Shown: positions 11,953-25,195, counted from the stretch's first letter. The stretch is 64,000 bases of DNA from Octopus vulgaris (GCA_951406725.2 OX597815.1:11656001-11720000); one strand, 5' to 3'. Made by a program: numbers and translations. The notes: generated by a model from the sequence alone, not told the origin.

Positions 11953-13857
11953 AAAACAAATGGAAAACATGACATGTAACATAAAGAACGACCGTTTATC
12001 ACTTGTCGGCTGTTTTATCTACTCCACATTTCGAGCAAGTACGGCAAGAGGCATCTTCAAGAAAACATTTGCTCCCACAAAGCAAATTAAATTTGGGATT
12101 TCTCTAATTCTTTTATCTCCCCTTCTCCTCCTTTCGTTTTCCCTCTCGCATTCTTTCTCTAATTCTTTTCCTCTTCTCACCGTTCTCTATCAGTCCCTCT
12201 CTCTTTCTCACTATTCCTCCTTTACCCACTCATCGCTCACACGCGACCATCGGCCATCTTTCTTTTCCTAACTTGAACTTATTTCTTTCCTTTTGATTTG
12301 CCACACAGATCACACGCATTCTTGTCTGTCTCCTGCCTTTTCTCCTGTCAAAACATGTTCATCTAGCGTTCGCCACCTCACCTCGTTATAACTTAGCAAC
12401 CCTTACTGTTTGTTGTCACTGTCTTGTTTTCTATTTGTTTTTAATTGTTTGCAAAAATATTTCGTATTCCATGATTTCGTATCTCATGTTGTGTACATTT
12501 TAGGACATCCTCTACCCATTTATGGATGTGTATATACGTTTATATGTATGTACACATATGCATATGCATATATATATGTGTGTGTGTATGGATGTGTATA
12601 TACGTATATATGTAAGTATGTACACATATGCATATGCATATATATATGTGTGTGTGCGTGTGCCTGTGTGTGTATGTGCGTGTGTATTTACTCCCAATTA
12701 TTACTTTCCTAATCTAGATTTTGTACAATCTACTCAGTATATATGAATGGTATCAATTGTACGCGATATGTATTCTTTGGTATAATCTAGCCGTCCTAAA
12801 TTTTTCAAATACATAATTTTTCAAATGCATACTTTTTTAAAGTAAGAGTAACATATGCTATCTTGAACTTTTTTCAATAATTCCTCCACGTTCAATGAGG
12901 TCAATGTGTTTAAGGTTATATTCTACTGTGTATTACAATGATTCCTATACTTTTATTGATAGTTATGTAGAGGAATGTATTATTTCAAATTCGCTCACAT
13001 CTTTTAAAAACTCTTTTGAAACTTTTGAAGTAGTTGTGGTATATAATGAAAGTTAGGTATTAATCACTTTATGTTAATTATAAACTTATAATCCTCTTGA
13101 ATACAGAAGCGATAACGCTTTGTACATCGAGTGGTAGAATCATTAGACTGATCTCAGTAAACTAATCGTGTTTATTCAATCGACGCTCAGGAAACTAAAT
13201 ACAGAATCGTATTTAAACCAAAACGCATAAATAGAAAACATTGAAACAAAATATTGTGATGTATGTAGTTCGATGCACTCAAGATTCAAAGATATTCTAA
13301 CCCATCATACGTTTGCAGATTAGAAAATAACTGCATTTTCATGTAAATGTTCATACTTACGAAGTTTATATTTGTTCGTACTGGACGCTGATTTGTCGAC
13401 ATTGTCGGTCTAATGTTATCAGACATTGACATCTGAAGATTTTCCTCTCCTCCTTGTTTTAATTTTCGTAATGCATCAATCTAAATAAAAAAGATTTTAA
13501 AACAAATATATATAAATTCATTGTTGCAATACAATAAAATAAAAGTCGAGATGGCAACGTCGAAATTAGTTTATCGTTATTACGAAATATTGTATAAATA
13601 TCTCTTGTTTCTCTCTTTAAGCACCTAATTTTCATTACTCTGTTGTCCAGCTTCTTAACGTAAAATCAAGCTTAATTTCAGATGTACTGTTTGTCGACAC
13701 GTGAGTGTTACATTGTTGTAGCTCAACGCTTATTAAATATAGCGGAACATACAACGAAAACAATGTAGAGTATTTATGCTTGATTTAAAATAAAATATCT
13801 CTCAGTGAAGGAAAGCTTAAATTTTTAGATAGACAGGTGCTTTATATTTGAACGTAG

Positions 13858-14241
13858 GTGGAGGCGCAATGGCCCAGTGGTTAGGGCAGCGGATTCGCGG
13901 TCATAGGATCGCGGTTTCGATTCTCAGACCAGGCGTTGTGAGTGTTTATTGAGCGAAAACACCTAAAGCTCCTCGAGGCTCCGGCAGGGGATAGTGGTGA
14001 TCCCTGCTGTACTCTTTCACCACAACTTTCTCTTACTCTTACTTCCTGTTTCTGTTGTACCTGTATTTTAAAGGGCCGGCCTTGTCACTCTCTGTGTCAC
14101 GCTGAATATCCCCGAGAACTACGTTAAGGGTACACGTGTCTGTGGAGTGTTCAGCCACTTACACGTTAATTTCACGAGCAGGCTGTTCCGTTGATTCGGA
14201 TCAACCGGAACCCTCGTCGTCGTAACCGACGGAGTGCTTCC
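13858..14241 (+). mobile_element. Full-length tRNA-derived SINE, family B1, with 12-bp TSD
   Basis: A box TGGCCCAGTGGTTAGG, B box GGTTTCGATTC. TSD ATTTGAACGTAG at 13846-13857 and 14242-14253. Confidence 0.93.
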
Positions 14242-14301
14242 ATTTGAACGTAGACTCTATAAATAGGTCGTCAGAGAAAGTTTTGGGAATAAGCTTTTAT
14301 A

Positions 14302-15079
14302 TTTTTTATTTTAATTTTACAGTTGGTGATATAGCAATATTAGCTGGTTAAATTGACCGACACGTATTTCTGCTGCGCAGAGTATCTACAGTTGAGCATA
14401 CAAAACCGCTTAGTCTGCTATGAAGCTACATTCAGTCTTTCAACAAGCGTGGTTTGAGGCGAACTGAGTTAATTTGTTCATGGCTATTTCCTTATTCTAA
14501 TCCGTTTAATGTACACATGGAAGTGAAGGGAGATATGTTGAAATTTGATACGGCTATAAATTTTATTTAGGCGAACTTCAAGTTGGCACCAAAGCCAGGG
14601 CGCAAGCTTGGAGTTGTGTATGCATTGAATCAGATCAAAGAATATGTGAGTGTTCTAATAGGCTTTTTTCATTATGTTAAAGATTGGATAGACTTGATAT
14701 TAAACTTAATTTCATTGATGGAGTTCTATCAATGTATTTTAATTTTTTTATGATGTCCATTAGGAAGGACATCAAAAGTTGAGTTTTAGGTTATTCGTAA
14801 GGTACCGTATCTGTATGTGTTACTATGATTAAAAAAAACAGAAAGGAAAGGAAGATATATTAAGTTATTATAACGATGCTTAGTTGAAAGTTAGGCCAGA
14901 TAATAGCTCGACGAATACCTCTATAAATCAGCACCGCCTGTTTGTGTATAGGATATCAGCTTACAAGATATCTGTAAGCTATCCATACAAATTTTCCGTA
15001 CAGGTGTAAACATCTCACGTGTCGGTCAATTTAACCAACTAATTATGCTTTACGATCAACTGTAAAATTAAAAGAAAAA
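14302..15079. mobile_element. MITE-like element with ~63-bp imperfect terminal inverted repeats
   Basis: 14302-14365 (..TTTTACAGTTG..TTAGCTGGTTAAATTGACCGACACGT) is the reverse complement of 15017-15079 (ACGTGTCGGTCAATTTAACCAACTAA..CAACTGTAAAATTAAAA). Confidence 0.6.
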
Positions 15080-15290
15080 CTTAATGATGTACCAATCGTC
15101 GTGTTTTTTGGAATTACTTGAAAATTGCACTCCTGATAAAATTAAGAATTACAGGAGAGATGATTCATACTAAGCGATGGCTAATGTGTATTATTACTTA
15201 ATGTGGCCACCCGTCTCCTGGAATATACTTGAGAGCTACTACGGTACACGACCGGGTAATTTATCCATGTTTTCTCACCACATTTGTATA

Positions 15291-15542
15291 TAACTTAGAT
15301 AACTTAGATAACTTAGATATGTTTCGACCAAAGATTGGTCCAGCCATGTCTAACTTAATAGCACCACATGATAGGATTATTCGAATCCTGTTTAAGTCAA
15401 GTTTTGTTCAAGTAGTGAGTTCTTGTTGGGTGAGTTGTATCCAATTATGGGTGGCTTATCTGGTATTCTTTGAAGGAATCTATCCAGACTCCGTTTAAAG
15501 TTGATGGGATCCTTTTCCTCTTTGATCTCCCTCGGGACAATG

Positions 15543-15546
<4 letters not shown>
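15291..15546 (-). mobile_element. CR1-like LINE 3' end with (ATCTAAGTT)n tail
   Basis: NIVPREIKEEKDPINFKRSLDRFLQRIPDKPPIIGYNSPNKNSLLEQ, near-identical to 52780-53024. Three 9-bp tail repeats. Confidence 0.88.
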
Positions 15547-15600
<54 letters not shown>

Positions 15601-16440
15601 TGTTCACATATATTCACACATAGAAATACAAATATACACACAATTTTTAGTATTTTATTCGTTTAACCCAATGCAGTATCTTTCTGTATTTCATATTTCC
15701 TAAACGAGAAAATGCGATATCATTCTCACAGATTTGAGATGTTTCCCTTGCTGCATTGCAGGTTCATCTCGCTTCTTACATAATCGAATGCTGAGGTGCT
15801 GTTTAAAGGTGCTGCCTTATTCAGCATTAGGATATTATATTTCATAGCACGCGAAATTCGAGATCTGTAAAAGATCTGCTAAGGTACGTTCTACTCGTAA
15901 CTTCAAGCTGAGAAATCGGTAATACGACACTAATTGTCGTTGCAAAGATTCTTGCGATATCCTTTGTCGACAATTACTGCAAGTTCCTTCAGGATATTTA
16001 CCATTTCTTAAAGTAATGTGTTGTTGATTTTTTTCCTAGTTGCGTCCTAGCCAATAGCAGTACGATGTTATGACATTTGATCTTTGCATCTGCGCAAACA
16101 CAAAAACCCAGGCGCGCGCACACACACACTCAAATACACACACATATGCCAGTACGTATGCATATGCACACGTACACCCGGTTACACACAAATATATGTA
16201 TATGTATATTTATATGCGCATGTATATATGTATATATATATATATATACATACATATATGTATACATATACATATACACACACAGACACACACACACATA
16301 TATGTATATATATATACATATATATATATGTATGCATGTATGTATAAAGGTGTATATATATACATGTACATATAAGCACCTTTATGTGCAAACATACATA
16401 TACACATGCGAGCGTGTGTTTATATAAATGTATATATTCG

Positions 16441-16505
<65 letters not shown>

Positions 16506-17459
16506 GTATGACACTATGTAGTGCAGAAAGTTTCTTGTTGTGAAACACAAAAATATCATAGAGATGTAATAATACATCAGTTTTATTTAGTAAACCATCA
16601 CAATCAATATTAAGATTCCTTTCATTTTATCTCCCAGTCTTTGTTTGTGTATATTTATTCTTAATAAAATTTTATCTGCAAGATGGCCGCTTTCATTTTT
16701 CTCCTTTTCCTTGTAGAAGTATTAGAAGTATCTAAACATATCCAGTGACGGCGATAAATTCAGCTTGAAAGTGAAAGCTGCTCAAGTGTGGATTACTTGT
16801 AGGAAATATGTCAATATAAGTTATATCTGGCTGACACTGAAGTATCTAGCAATGTGTTACATTAAGAGTATTTCGACACACCTCAAAAAAAAAAAGAAAA
16901 AAAAAAGGAAAAAGATTTTCAGAAAAATATACAAGTATAAGAGAAAATATAGGTGAAAATCAGATTTACCTATTTTCTTAGTGGGAACTTGGAATTTAGC
17001 TGATGTTGTTTCTATAATATCATTCTGTCTGTCAATACTTTCTATTTCCACCTCAAGATTCTTTCTTTCACGGAGTCTCACACATTCTTACACATTCGCT
17101 TTTTATATTTGTCCCTTTCTTCATATCTTAATCATACGCGCACACACACATACACACACTCGTAGACACAGACCATGTCTTCTTGTATTGTATAAGTTAT
17201 GGAGTTAATATTTATGTTTAGCTATACACTACATCAGAAAGACGATAACGAAATAAGTTTGACACTTCAACTGAAGATGTTTCTCTGACGTGCATAAGAG
17301 TTTAAAATCTTAACGGAATCTAATACGTTTCTTTATACAAAATCAGAAATACTTATAAACACGAATATATACATATACAAAACAAACATACACAAATACA
17401 ATAACCATGAAAATAAACAAACTCACGCACAAACAACACGTGCACTTCACGTATGTATG

Positions 17460-17511
<52 letters not shown>

Positions 17512-17772
17512 TATACATACACATACACACATACAAACATATCCATACATACACAGATACACGGAAACACACACTCTCTCACAAGCACACATAAACACAC
17601 GAACGCACACGTACACACACACTCACATATACACACACACATATATGTATATATGTGTGTGTCTGTGTCTGTGTGTGCGTGCGCGCTTTGAATTTTAACG
17701 GGATAGATAGGCGCTCACAACTGGTCCAAAATATACTCTTCCTGTGAATTGGTATTAATTTCATCACATCTT

Positions 17773-17937
17773 GTAAGAAGCTTGCTTACCAACCACATGG
17801 TTCCGGGTTCTGTACCACTGCGCAGCACCTTGGCCAAGTGTCTTCTACTATAGCCTCGGCCTGACCAAAGCCTTGTGAGTGGATTTGGTAGACGGAAACT
17901 GAAAGAAGCCCGTCGTATATATGTATATATATGTATA

Positions 17938-17984
<47 letters not shown>

Positions 17985-18194
17985 ATGGTTGTGTGTCTGT
18001 TTTTGTCCCCTCCCCCAACATCGCTTGACAACCGATGGTGGTGTGTTTACATCCTCGTAACTTAGCGCTTCAGCAAAAGAAACCGATAGAATAAGTACTA
18101 CGCTTCCAAAGAATAAGTCCTGGGGTCGAATTGCTCGACTAAAGGCGGTGCTCCAGCATGGCCGCAGTCAAATGACTGAAACAAGTAGAAGAGT
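17773..18194 (+). mobile_element. SINE family C (tRNA head, internal (TA)n(TG)n tract)
   Basis: CCACATGGTTCCGGGTTC..CCACTGCG..GCAAGTGTCTTCTACTA head region and GGCGGTGCTCCAGCATGGCCGCAGTCAAATGACTGAAAC tail. Other copies at 27957 and 44946. Confidence 0.9.
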
Positions 18195-18204
18195 AATAAT
18201 AAAA

Positions 18205-18395
18205 ATCGTTTCGAATTATGACAATAGAACACCAAATTTAGGGTTGGGTTATTTTTTTACATCGGCCCCAGACTTCACAGTTACGTTATTTCGTTGACTT
18301 CGAAAGGATGAAATCAAAGTTAACCTCGGGGCAAATTTGAACTCAGAAGGCAAAGAGCCGAAAGGAACATTCGACGCGTTAACGATTATACTAAA
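18205..18395 (-). mobile_element. Diverged SINE family A copy
   Basis: CGAAAGGATGAAATCAAAGTTAACCTCGG..ATTTGAACTCAGAA matches 4772-4820. Confidence 0.65.
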
Positions 18396-18747
18396 GCATA
18401 ATAACAATAAAAATCTAGTATAATTGCATCTTTTTGAATAAAGTGTAATTGATATAATGATATATAATTTATTTCCAAACTAGCGTGAAATTTGCCTGTG
18501 AGATTCAAATTTTACTCCAGAGAGAAAATAGAGAATAAACGTTGAGCTGTAATGAACAGAGAAACACCTACACCCTGGTCGAGATACCTGGATGGCCATT
18601 GTAAGTGCAGTGCTAGTGAGGAGGTTTTTTGACGTTCAATGATTTTTGTCCCTTACTCGATATAAATACCTGTAAACATACATATATACAATCATACATA
18701 CATACATACATACATACATACATACATACATACATACATAGATACAC

Positions 18748-18784
<37 letters not shown>

Positions 18785-18791
<7 letters not shown>

Positions 18792-19003
18792 GGAAAGTTT
18801 ACGAAAGAAACACAAGACGAAGACAGGTGGTGTACAAAACAAACAGATGTATTAGTATAGCGCTCAGGAAAATAAAAAGTCTTTTACGTTTCGAGCCTAC
18901 GCTCTTCTATAGAAAGGGACAAAGAAAAAACAAGGAGAGAAACAAGGAGACAAAAAAGGAGAGAAAAAATCTGTGTAGTGGCTAACGATCTATAATGGCG
19001 TCT
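18785..19003 (-). mobile_element. (TA)n-embedded PLE-like cassette with a decayed hammerhead
   Basis: Homologous to 44305-44507. Minus strand reads CUUU-CUAUAGA-A-GAGC-GUAG-GCUC-GAAACGUA-AAAG. Confidence 0.8.
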
Positions 19004-19044
19004 ATATATAATTATATATTTACATAAATATATTCTTATATTTC

Positions 19045-19134
19045 ATTATTTGTTTCAGTTATTTGATTACAGCTGGAGCACCGCGTTAAGAGGTTTTTAG
19101 TCGAAGTAATCGACCCCAGGACTTATTCTTTGTA
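19045..19134 (-). mobile_element. SINE family C 3' fragment
   Basis: GCTGGAGCACCGC..TTTAGTCGA..TCGACCCCAGGACTTATTCTTTG is the reverse complement of the family C tail. Confidence 0.75.
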
Positions 19135-19135
19135 A

Positions 19136-19260
19136 TACAGTTCCATATTTAAGAGATGAGGAACTATGTACATTATTTACCTTATTTACAATTGACCGAT
19201 ATTTGTCCTCATCTTGTTTGTTGTTAACACAACGTTTCGGCTGATATACCCTCCAGCCTT
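19136..19260 (-). mobile_element. Truncated left arm of the hammerhead inverted-repeat element at 63441
   Basis: ACAGTTC..AGATGAGGAA..TTACAATTGAC.GATATTTGTCCTCATCTT..AACACAACGTTTCGGCTGATATACCCTCCAGCCTT matches 63443-63566. Confidence 0.85.
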
Positions 19261-19261
19261 C

Positions 19262-19520
19262 CAGTCATTCCTATAATAATTGTTGCGTTGGTAACAGTAA
19301 GCCAAGATATAGACAAATAGTTAAGGAAAATTGAAATAGAACACCCGGTAGAGCTTCTACAGAAAGTTTGTCTCTTAGTGTCAGGCAGGTTTCAGGCGTC
19401 TCCTAAGCACTTGAAAGTCTGTTGCAAGCTTGTGGGTGCCTATGCTTAAAGATAGTAACCCGTCATCCACATAAACCCTACCAGGAACAAGACCGAACCT
19501 AAGCCAAACCAAAATAACAG
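19262..19520 (+). mobile_element. R4/Dong-like element 3' end followed by a (CAA)(TAG)(TAA) tract
   Basis: VIPIIIVALVTVSQDIDK*LRKIEIEHPVELLQKVCLL (cf. VIPIVIGALGTV..LLQKACLLGT). Confidence 0.75.
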
Positions 19521-19536
19521 CAACAACAACAACAAC

Positions 19537-19600
<64 letters not shown>

Positions 19601-19620
19601 ATAATAATAATAATAATAAT

Positions 19621-20305
19621 AAAGAACAGGCAGAAATAAATCGATAGCGGTGGAGACAGAAGTCTCTCGATGTATAGTATATAATTCGAAATCGAAATGC
19701 TGATGTAGATCAAGCAACAACCCATCAGTGGTTCAGTAGTTCGGGATTGAAAGAGTGACTGAAGGTTTCATATTGGCGGCACCAGATTAAAACTTGCTCA
19801 CAAAAACTACCAAGCTGATGTTGTTCTTCAAAACAGTTCCGACTCCAAATGCAGATTCTGCGACACATTTGACGGAACAATAGACCATCTTTTCTCGCGA
19901 TGTTCTCTGCTGTCATCAAACGAATGCAAAATCGCCATGATGTGTTCAGTCAGTATTTACATGGGAAAATATGTAAACACTAGAAAATCAGCAATCCTGC
20001 TTAGTGGTATGAACATCATCCTGAGCCAGACGTTGAAGGTAAAAATGTCACTGAGAGAACAATCCAGGCTAATCGGCCAGACATAATTATTAAAAACAGG
20101 GAAGAAAATACTTGTAGACTAATGGATGGAAGTGTTCCCGCGGATAAACGTATATCTGCAAAGGTATTTGAAAATTTGAGTAAATATAATGACCTGGAAA
20201 TTGAAATACAAAAGTTGTGGCATCTTAAAGCGAGAACTATTCCTGTTATTGTTGTTGCCCTAAGTATGATGAGAAAGAGATGTCAGAAATATATGAATAT
20301 TCGCT
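19621..20305 (+). pseudogene. R4/Dong-clade non-LTR retrotransposon fragment (zinc knuckle plus RLE endonuclease)
   Basis: TEGFILAA, KCRFCDTFDGTIDHLFSRC (CCHC), RHD, WYEHHPEP, ANRPDIII, DGSVPAD, LSKYNDLEIEIQKLW and IPVIVVAL. Starts immediately after (TAA)n. Confidence 0.92.
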
Positions 20306-20318
20306 AATATTATATTCA

Positions 20319-20358
<40 letters not shown>

Positions 20359-20361
<3 letters not shown>

Positions 20362-21142
20362 AAAAAAAACGGTAAGATAAAAAAAGAAAGAAAGAGACCT
20401 CGATATTATGTAAATAGAGGAATTTATCTGTAAATGTAATATGTGACAATTATTCGGTAGCCAAGATAAAATTCCGAGTTTCGGATGCCGAGGTGGAAAT
20501 CCACGTCACCATCTCTTCAGTTATCCGGCGTTCGGAAAAACGCTATGAAAAGTGACCGTTATACAAAGGTAAATTAACGCGTTATCCGCGTCCGTTGCTC
20601 TTCAGTGAGCGAATCCAAGATATATCATGAATAAACAAAAACATCATACCAGATAGACAACCATCGCCTCCATCGTAGCATATGGAAATGTTTACCCATC
20701 ATACACCTATGTAAATGGCGGGCTCTTTCGAATTGCATTTCGGTAACAACGTGCTTGTTCGGAACAAATTAAAAAAATAGGATAAAATCTTAATAAGAAA
20801 TCTTAACAAGAAATTATCAAGTAGTTAGCGTGAAAAAACGCTAACTACTTACGGAGTACGCTATAATTGCGATATCACAGGTAATATGGATCTAAATTCT
20901 GTTTTTAAATGATTCGCTTCGAGAATTGCATTCAGTACGATTTGTTTATATTTGGTAGTTATGACTTTAAGAGTCCCTCCTAGCGTGCGGCATTTATGTG
21001 TAATAATGCACTCTATACAATATAAATAAATATTTTCAAAGAAAAAAATTTACAGTTTCTTTTCTCTTATGAGGTCTTTCACGCTAACTACTCGATAATT
21101 TCTTGTTAAGAATTCTTATTAAGATTTTATCCTATTTTTAAA

Positions 21143-21146
<4 letters not shown>
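20359..21146. mobile_element. (TA)n-flanked ~790-bp PLE-like cassette with a hammerhead-like motif and ~70-bp inverted repeats
   Basis: Bounded by (TA)n. Minus-strand CUGAAGA..GAAAC at 20465-20526; inverted repeat 20766-20836 vs 21076-21146. Confidence 0.75.
20465..20526 (-). ncRNA. Candidate type I hammerhead ribozyme (slightly degenerate)
   Basis: GAUAA-CUGAAGA-GAUG..(GUGGAUUUCCAC)..CAUC-C-GAAAC-UCGGAAUU-UUAUC. Stem I GAUAA/UUAUC. Confidence 0.55.
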
Positions 21147-21194
<48 letters not shown>

Positions 21195-21839
21195 CAGATA
21201 CTAGTTACTGGTAATTTAATATTATAGCTTGTTGTCGTGATATATTAATGAGTATGTAGTGTTGTGTCAACATTTGAATAATGATATAATGTATGTCACT
21301 CATAAATATATTAGTTACATTAGTTTCAATCGTGTTATTGCAGTTTACTATTAATACCGATACAATGTACATTGGTTTATATGTTTCTTTCTTTCAGTTT
21401 TATTAAGGTTAGTGTTGAATCCTGCCAATAAATTGATTATTTGATACAATGAGTTTATTAAGCTTTTACTTTTATATCATACTACGGAAGACGGAAGATT
21501 TTATAAGTTTGTATGACTTAATAGATGTGTCTCTGTTTAGTTACGTATTTAGTAGTTGGTTGTAATTTACTTAATGAATTTATTTATCGGTACGGTTATA
21601 CTTAGGGTAAATGTGCTTGAAAGCTGTAGTGTTTTTTGGTTTGTTTGTTCCCAAGCAACACTTAGTTTATTGCTGTTGACACCGCCGGATTGAATGGTAC
21701 TGCCCACGTATGGGAACTATAATGATATACGTGGGGCAGCTGATGATGGAGGTATATTAGATAGTTGGTATTGGTGTTTTCGTATATGTGGAATAGTATT
21801 CTTGGTATGGCTGTGGAATAGTATCATAACACATCCCTT

Positions 21840-21896
<57 letters not shown>

Positions 21897-21901
<5 letters not shown>

Positions 21902-22008
21902 AGGTTTCCGAATAGGGAAGCGTTGTGCTAGAACACAAAAAGGGATAAATTCATGAAAGGAATGAAAATTAAAAACATTTACTATCTCAACTATATCCCA
22001 CACCAGAT
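21897..22008 (+). mobile_element. (TA)n-embedded fragment related to 47370-47434
   Basis: AAGG.TTCC.AATA..GAAGCG..GTGCTAGA.ACACAAAAAGGGATAAATTCAT is shared. Confidence 0.7.
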
Positions 22009-22022
22009 GTATATATATATAA

Positions 22023-22362
<340 letters not shown>

Positions 22363-22376
22363 ATATAAGTATATAT

Positions 22377-22425
<49 letters not shown>

Positions 22426-22439
22426 CATACATACATATA

Positions 22440-22595
22440 GCAAATGAGAATACAGAGAGGATATAAAATCGACAGACATCAGCCGGTAAACATTCCAGTA
22501 TGTCTATTTAGTTAAATTTATATTTTATTAGACATATTGGAAATTTTACTGACTGGTATCTGTCAATTTTATATACTCTCCGTTTCCTTATTTGC
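22440..22595. repeat. Imperfect ~155-bp palindrome adjacent to a (TA)/(CA) tract
   Basis: GCAAATGAG..TATAAAATCGACAGA..TTCCAGTATGTCTA pairs with TAGACATATTGGAA..TCTGTCAATTTTATA..CTTATTTGC. Confidence 0.75.
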
Positions 22596-22774
22596 CGTAT
22601 AAATCAAGCGTAAACCATTTGTTACACCCGCCCACATATAATATCAAGTGCGAGATCGCCATGCGATAACTAGCAGTTGGATATGAATAATTGGTTACAA
22701 TACTACCAGCGGTATATTGGATAGGTACTATCTCTTAGTTGTATATACATACATACATACATACATACATACAT

Positions 22775-22825
<51 letters not shown>

Positions 22826-23595
22826 CATCATCAAAATTTACAATACAAAGTTCGATGAGAATTTGCTTACAACAGCTTTCTTTGATTTTTCTAAATGTTT
22901 CTCTGTCATTAAATTTTCTTAGGTCAGGCTTTTATGTTGGTAAACATATTTTACTAAGTGACAATATGTTGTATCGGAGTAACATGAGAACATATATCGG
23001 GATATGATGTTCACTTTTAGGCAAATCAAAATGTCATTATTGGTTTAAAACACTCAAAGTGTAATCCCTAAATGGAAGTTTCAAGCATTTTGTTAGTGAA
23101 AGATGGCAAATACTTAGTTTAAATTTTGTGTGTATAACGATGCGCAAGCTTGTTATATAACTATATATTTTTAGGACTCCAATCACCACAGAACAGCTGC
23201 TGATTTCTTATGGCAAAATAGTATACACGCCCAAACCTGTATCAAGACTACTCATTTTCCATTTTAGAGCATGAATCATTTCAACTCTAGGTCGTTATCA
23301 AATAATTGAACATGCAACTATCATTCAGATACATGAGACATTGCTGCTGTTATGAATGTAACAATGATTATGTGGGAGCTGCTATACAAAAGGTTTCAGT
23401 AACATAAAGGGATACGTTCAACCCACACGTTTAAATGCAAAGGTCATTCTTTGATTCCAACAAACATATCATTTTTAATACCAATGAACTAATAAGAACG
23501 AAATGGGTTTCTTTTTAGTTATAATGAGTGTGATCGCAGGTTAAACGACAGATAAATATATAGATATATACATATATACATATATAAATACATCC

Positions 23596-23638
<43 letters not shown>

Positions 23639-23639
23639 A

Positions 23640-23701
<62 letters not shown>

Positions 23702-23808
23702 ATATATACATATATGTATATGTATAAATACATATATGTATATGTATATATATACATATATGTATATTATATATATATTTATTTATATATATATAGTCTA
23801 TCTATCTA

Positions 23809-23878
<70 letters not shown>

Positions 23879-25152
23879 TAGATAGATATATATATATACG
23901 GATGCACACACATTTCATACGTTCTGAGCGCACTAGCTAAGTATATATGCCTCTCAAAACTTTTAATCAGCGACCTACATCATTGAACCTAACACTCATT
24001 TTGCAATAATTCCACTTACTTCCCTAAAACCACACCTACCAGTAACTTTCTATTGACTTCTCTACCCTGCTTCTTAATTTAATTTGTTTTGCTCCTTATT
24101 TGGTTTGGCTTGTAATTTACCCGGTATATATACACGCATATTTGCGTATGGGCGTGTGTATTTGTTCTTCTCCTTACAGATACATACATACATACATACA
24201 TACACACACACATATATATATATATATATTCATATGCAAACATCCACATATATAGAGATATTTAAGCAAATATACATGCACACGCTCACAAATACGAATG
24301 TATGTATGTGTGTAATATGTACATATTCTCTATTATTCGCAAGTAATTTTCTGAAGTGAATCATAATCAAAATTATTTCCCATGTATGAACATATATTTC
24401 AAATCATCTATCATGCGCGTATACTTATTCATAGTGACATAGTTTCATTTGAATCTACACTTACACAGACGTGGACGTGCATTGCCACGCATTTAAACAC
24501 ACACTCACAGTCACACAAAATCATGCAAGCATAAACGAATATATACATTAATTCATGAATGTGTAAATATTTCCTGTGAATTATTTCTGAACACAAAAGA
24601 ATAATTGTATATATATTTTTTTTCAGTATCTTGTGGACAGCTTTGTTGTAGAAGACCCTCATTTCTGCTAATTTAAATTCACAACATTGCCTTGGAAAAA
24701 ATTAATGCATTCCACTATGTTGGTGGAATTTGTCATATCGATGACGCGTTGATACGCCAATGATGGCAGAAAAGGGGCTTGGAATGAGAAGATAATCGAT
24801 TCTAAACAGATGCGAAATTTAATCATTTTCCTTTATATTCCTTTGCTTTGAAAAGATGCCCGTATATGTGCAGCCCGTCTTTTTCGTGTGTTTCCTACTA
24901 TCTTTTTTTTTTCTTTCAGTTGGGCGTTATTTCAATTATATAATTCTTAACATTTCGCGACTCTATGGAACCTAAGTTCATAGATTCAATGTTGTTATTA
25001 TGCACTGATTTTTGAATTGTTATGTTTACCATACATATATATATATATAAATATATATATACATATATATAAATATATATACATATATATAAATATATAT
25101 ACATATGTATACATACATATATACACATATATATATACATATATATACATAC

Positions 25153-25195
<43 letters not shown>

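Noticed and set aside
13858-13935. tRNA-like sequences (also 56385-56453, 27957, 35595)
   Set aside because: They are SINE heads continuous with SINE bodies and, for two of them, TSDs; no complete cloverleaf.
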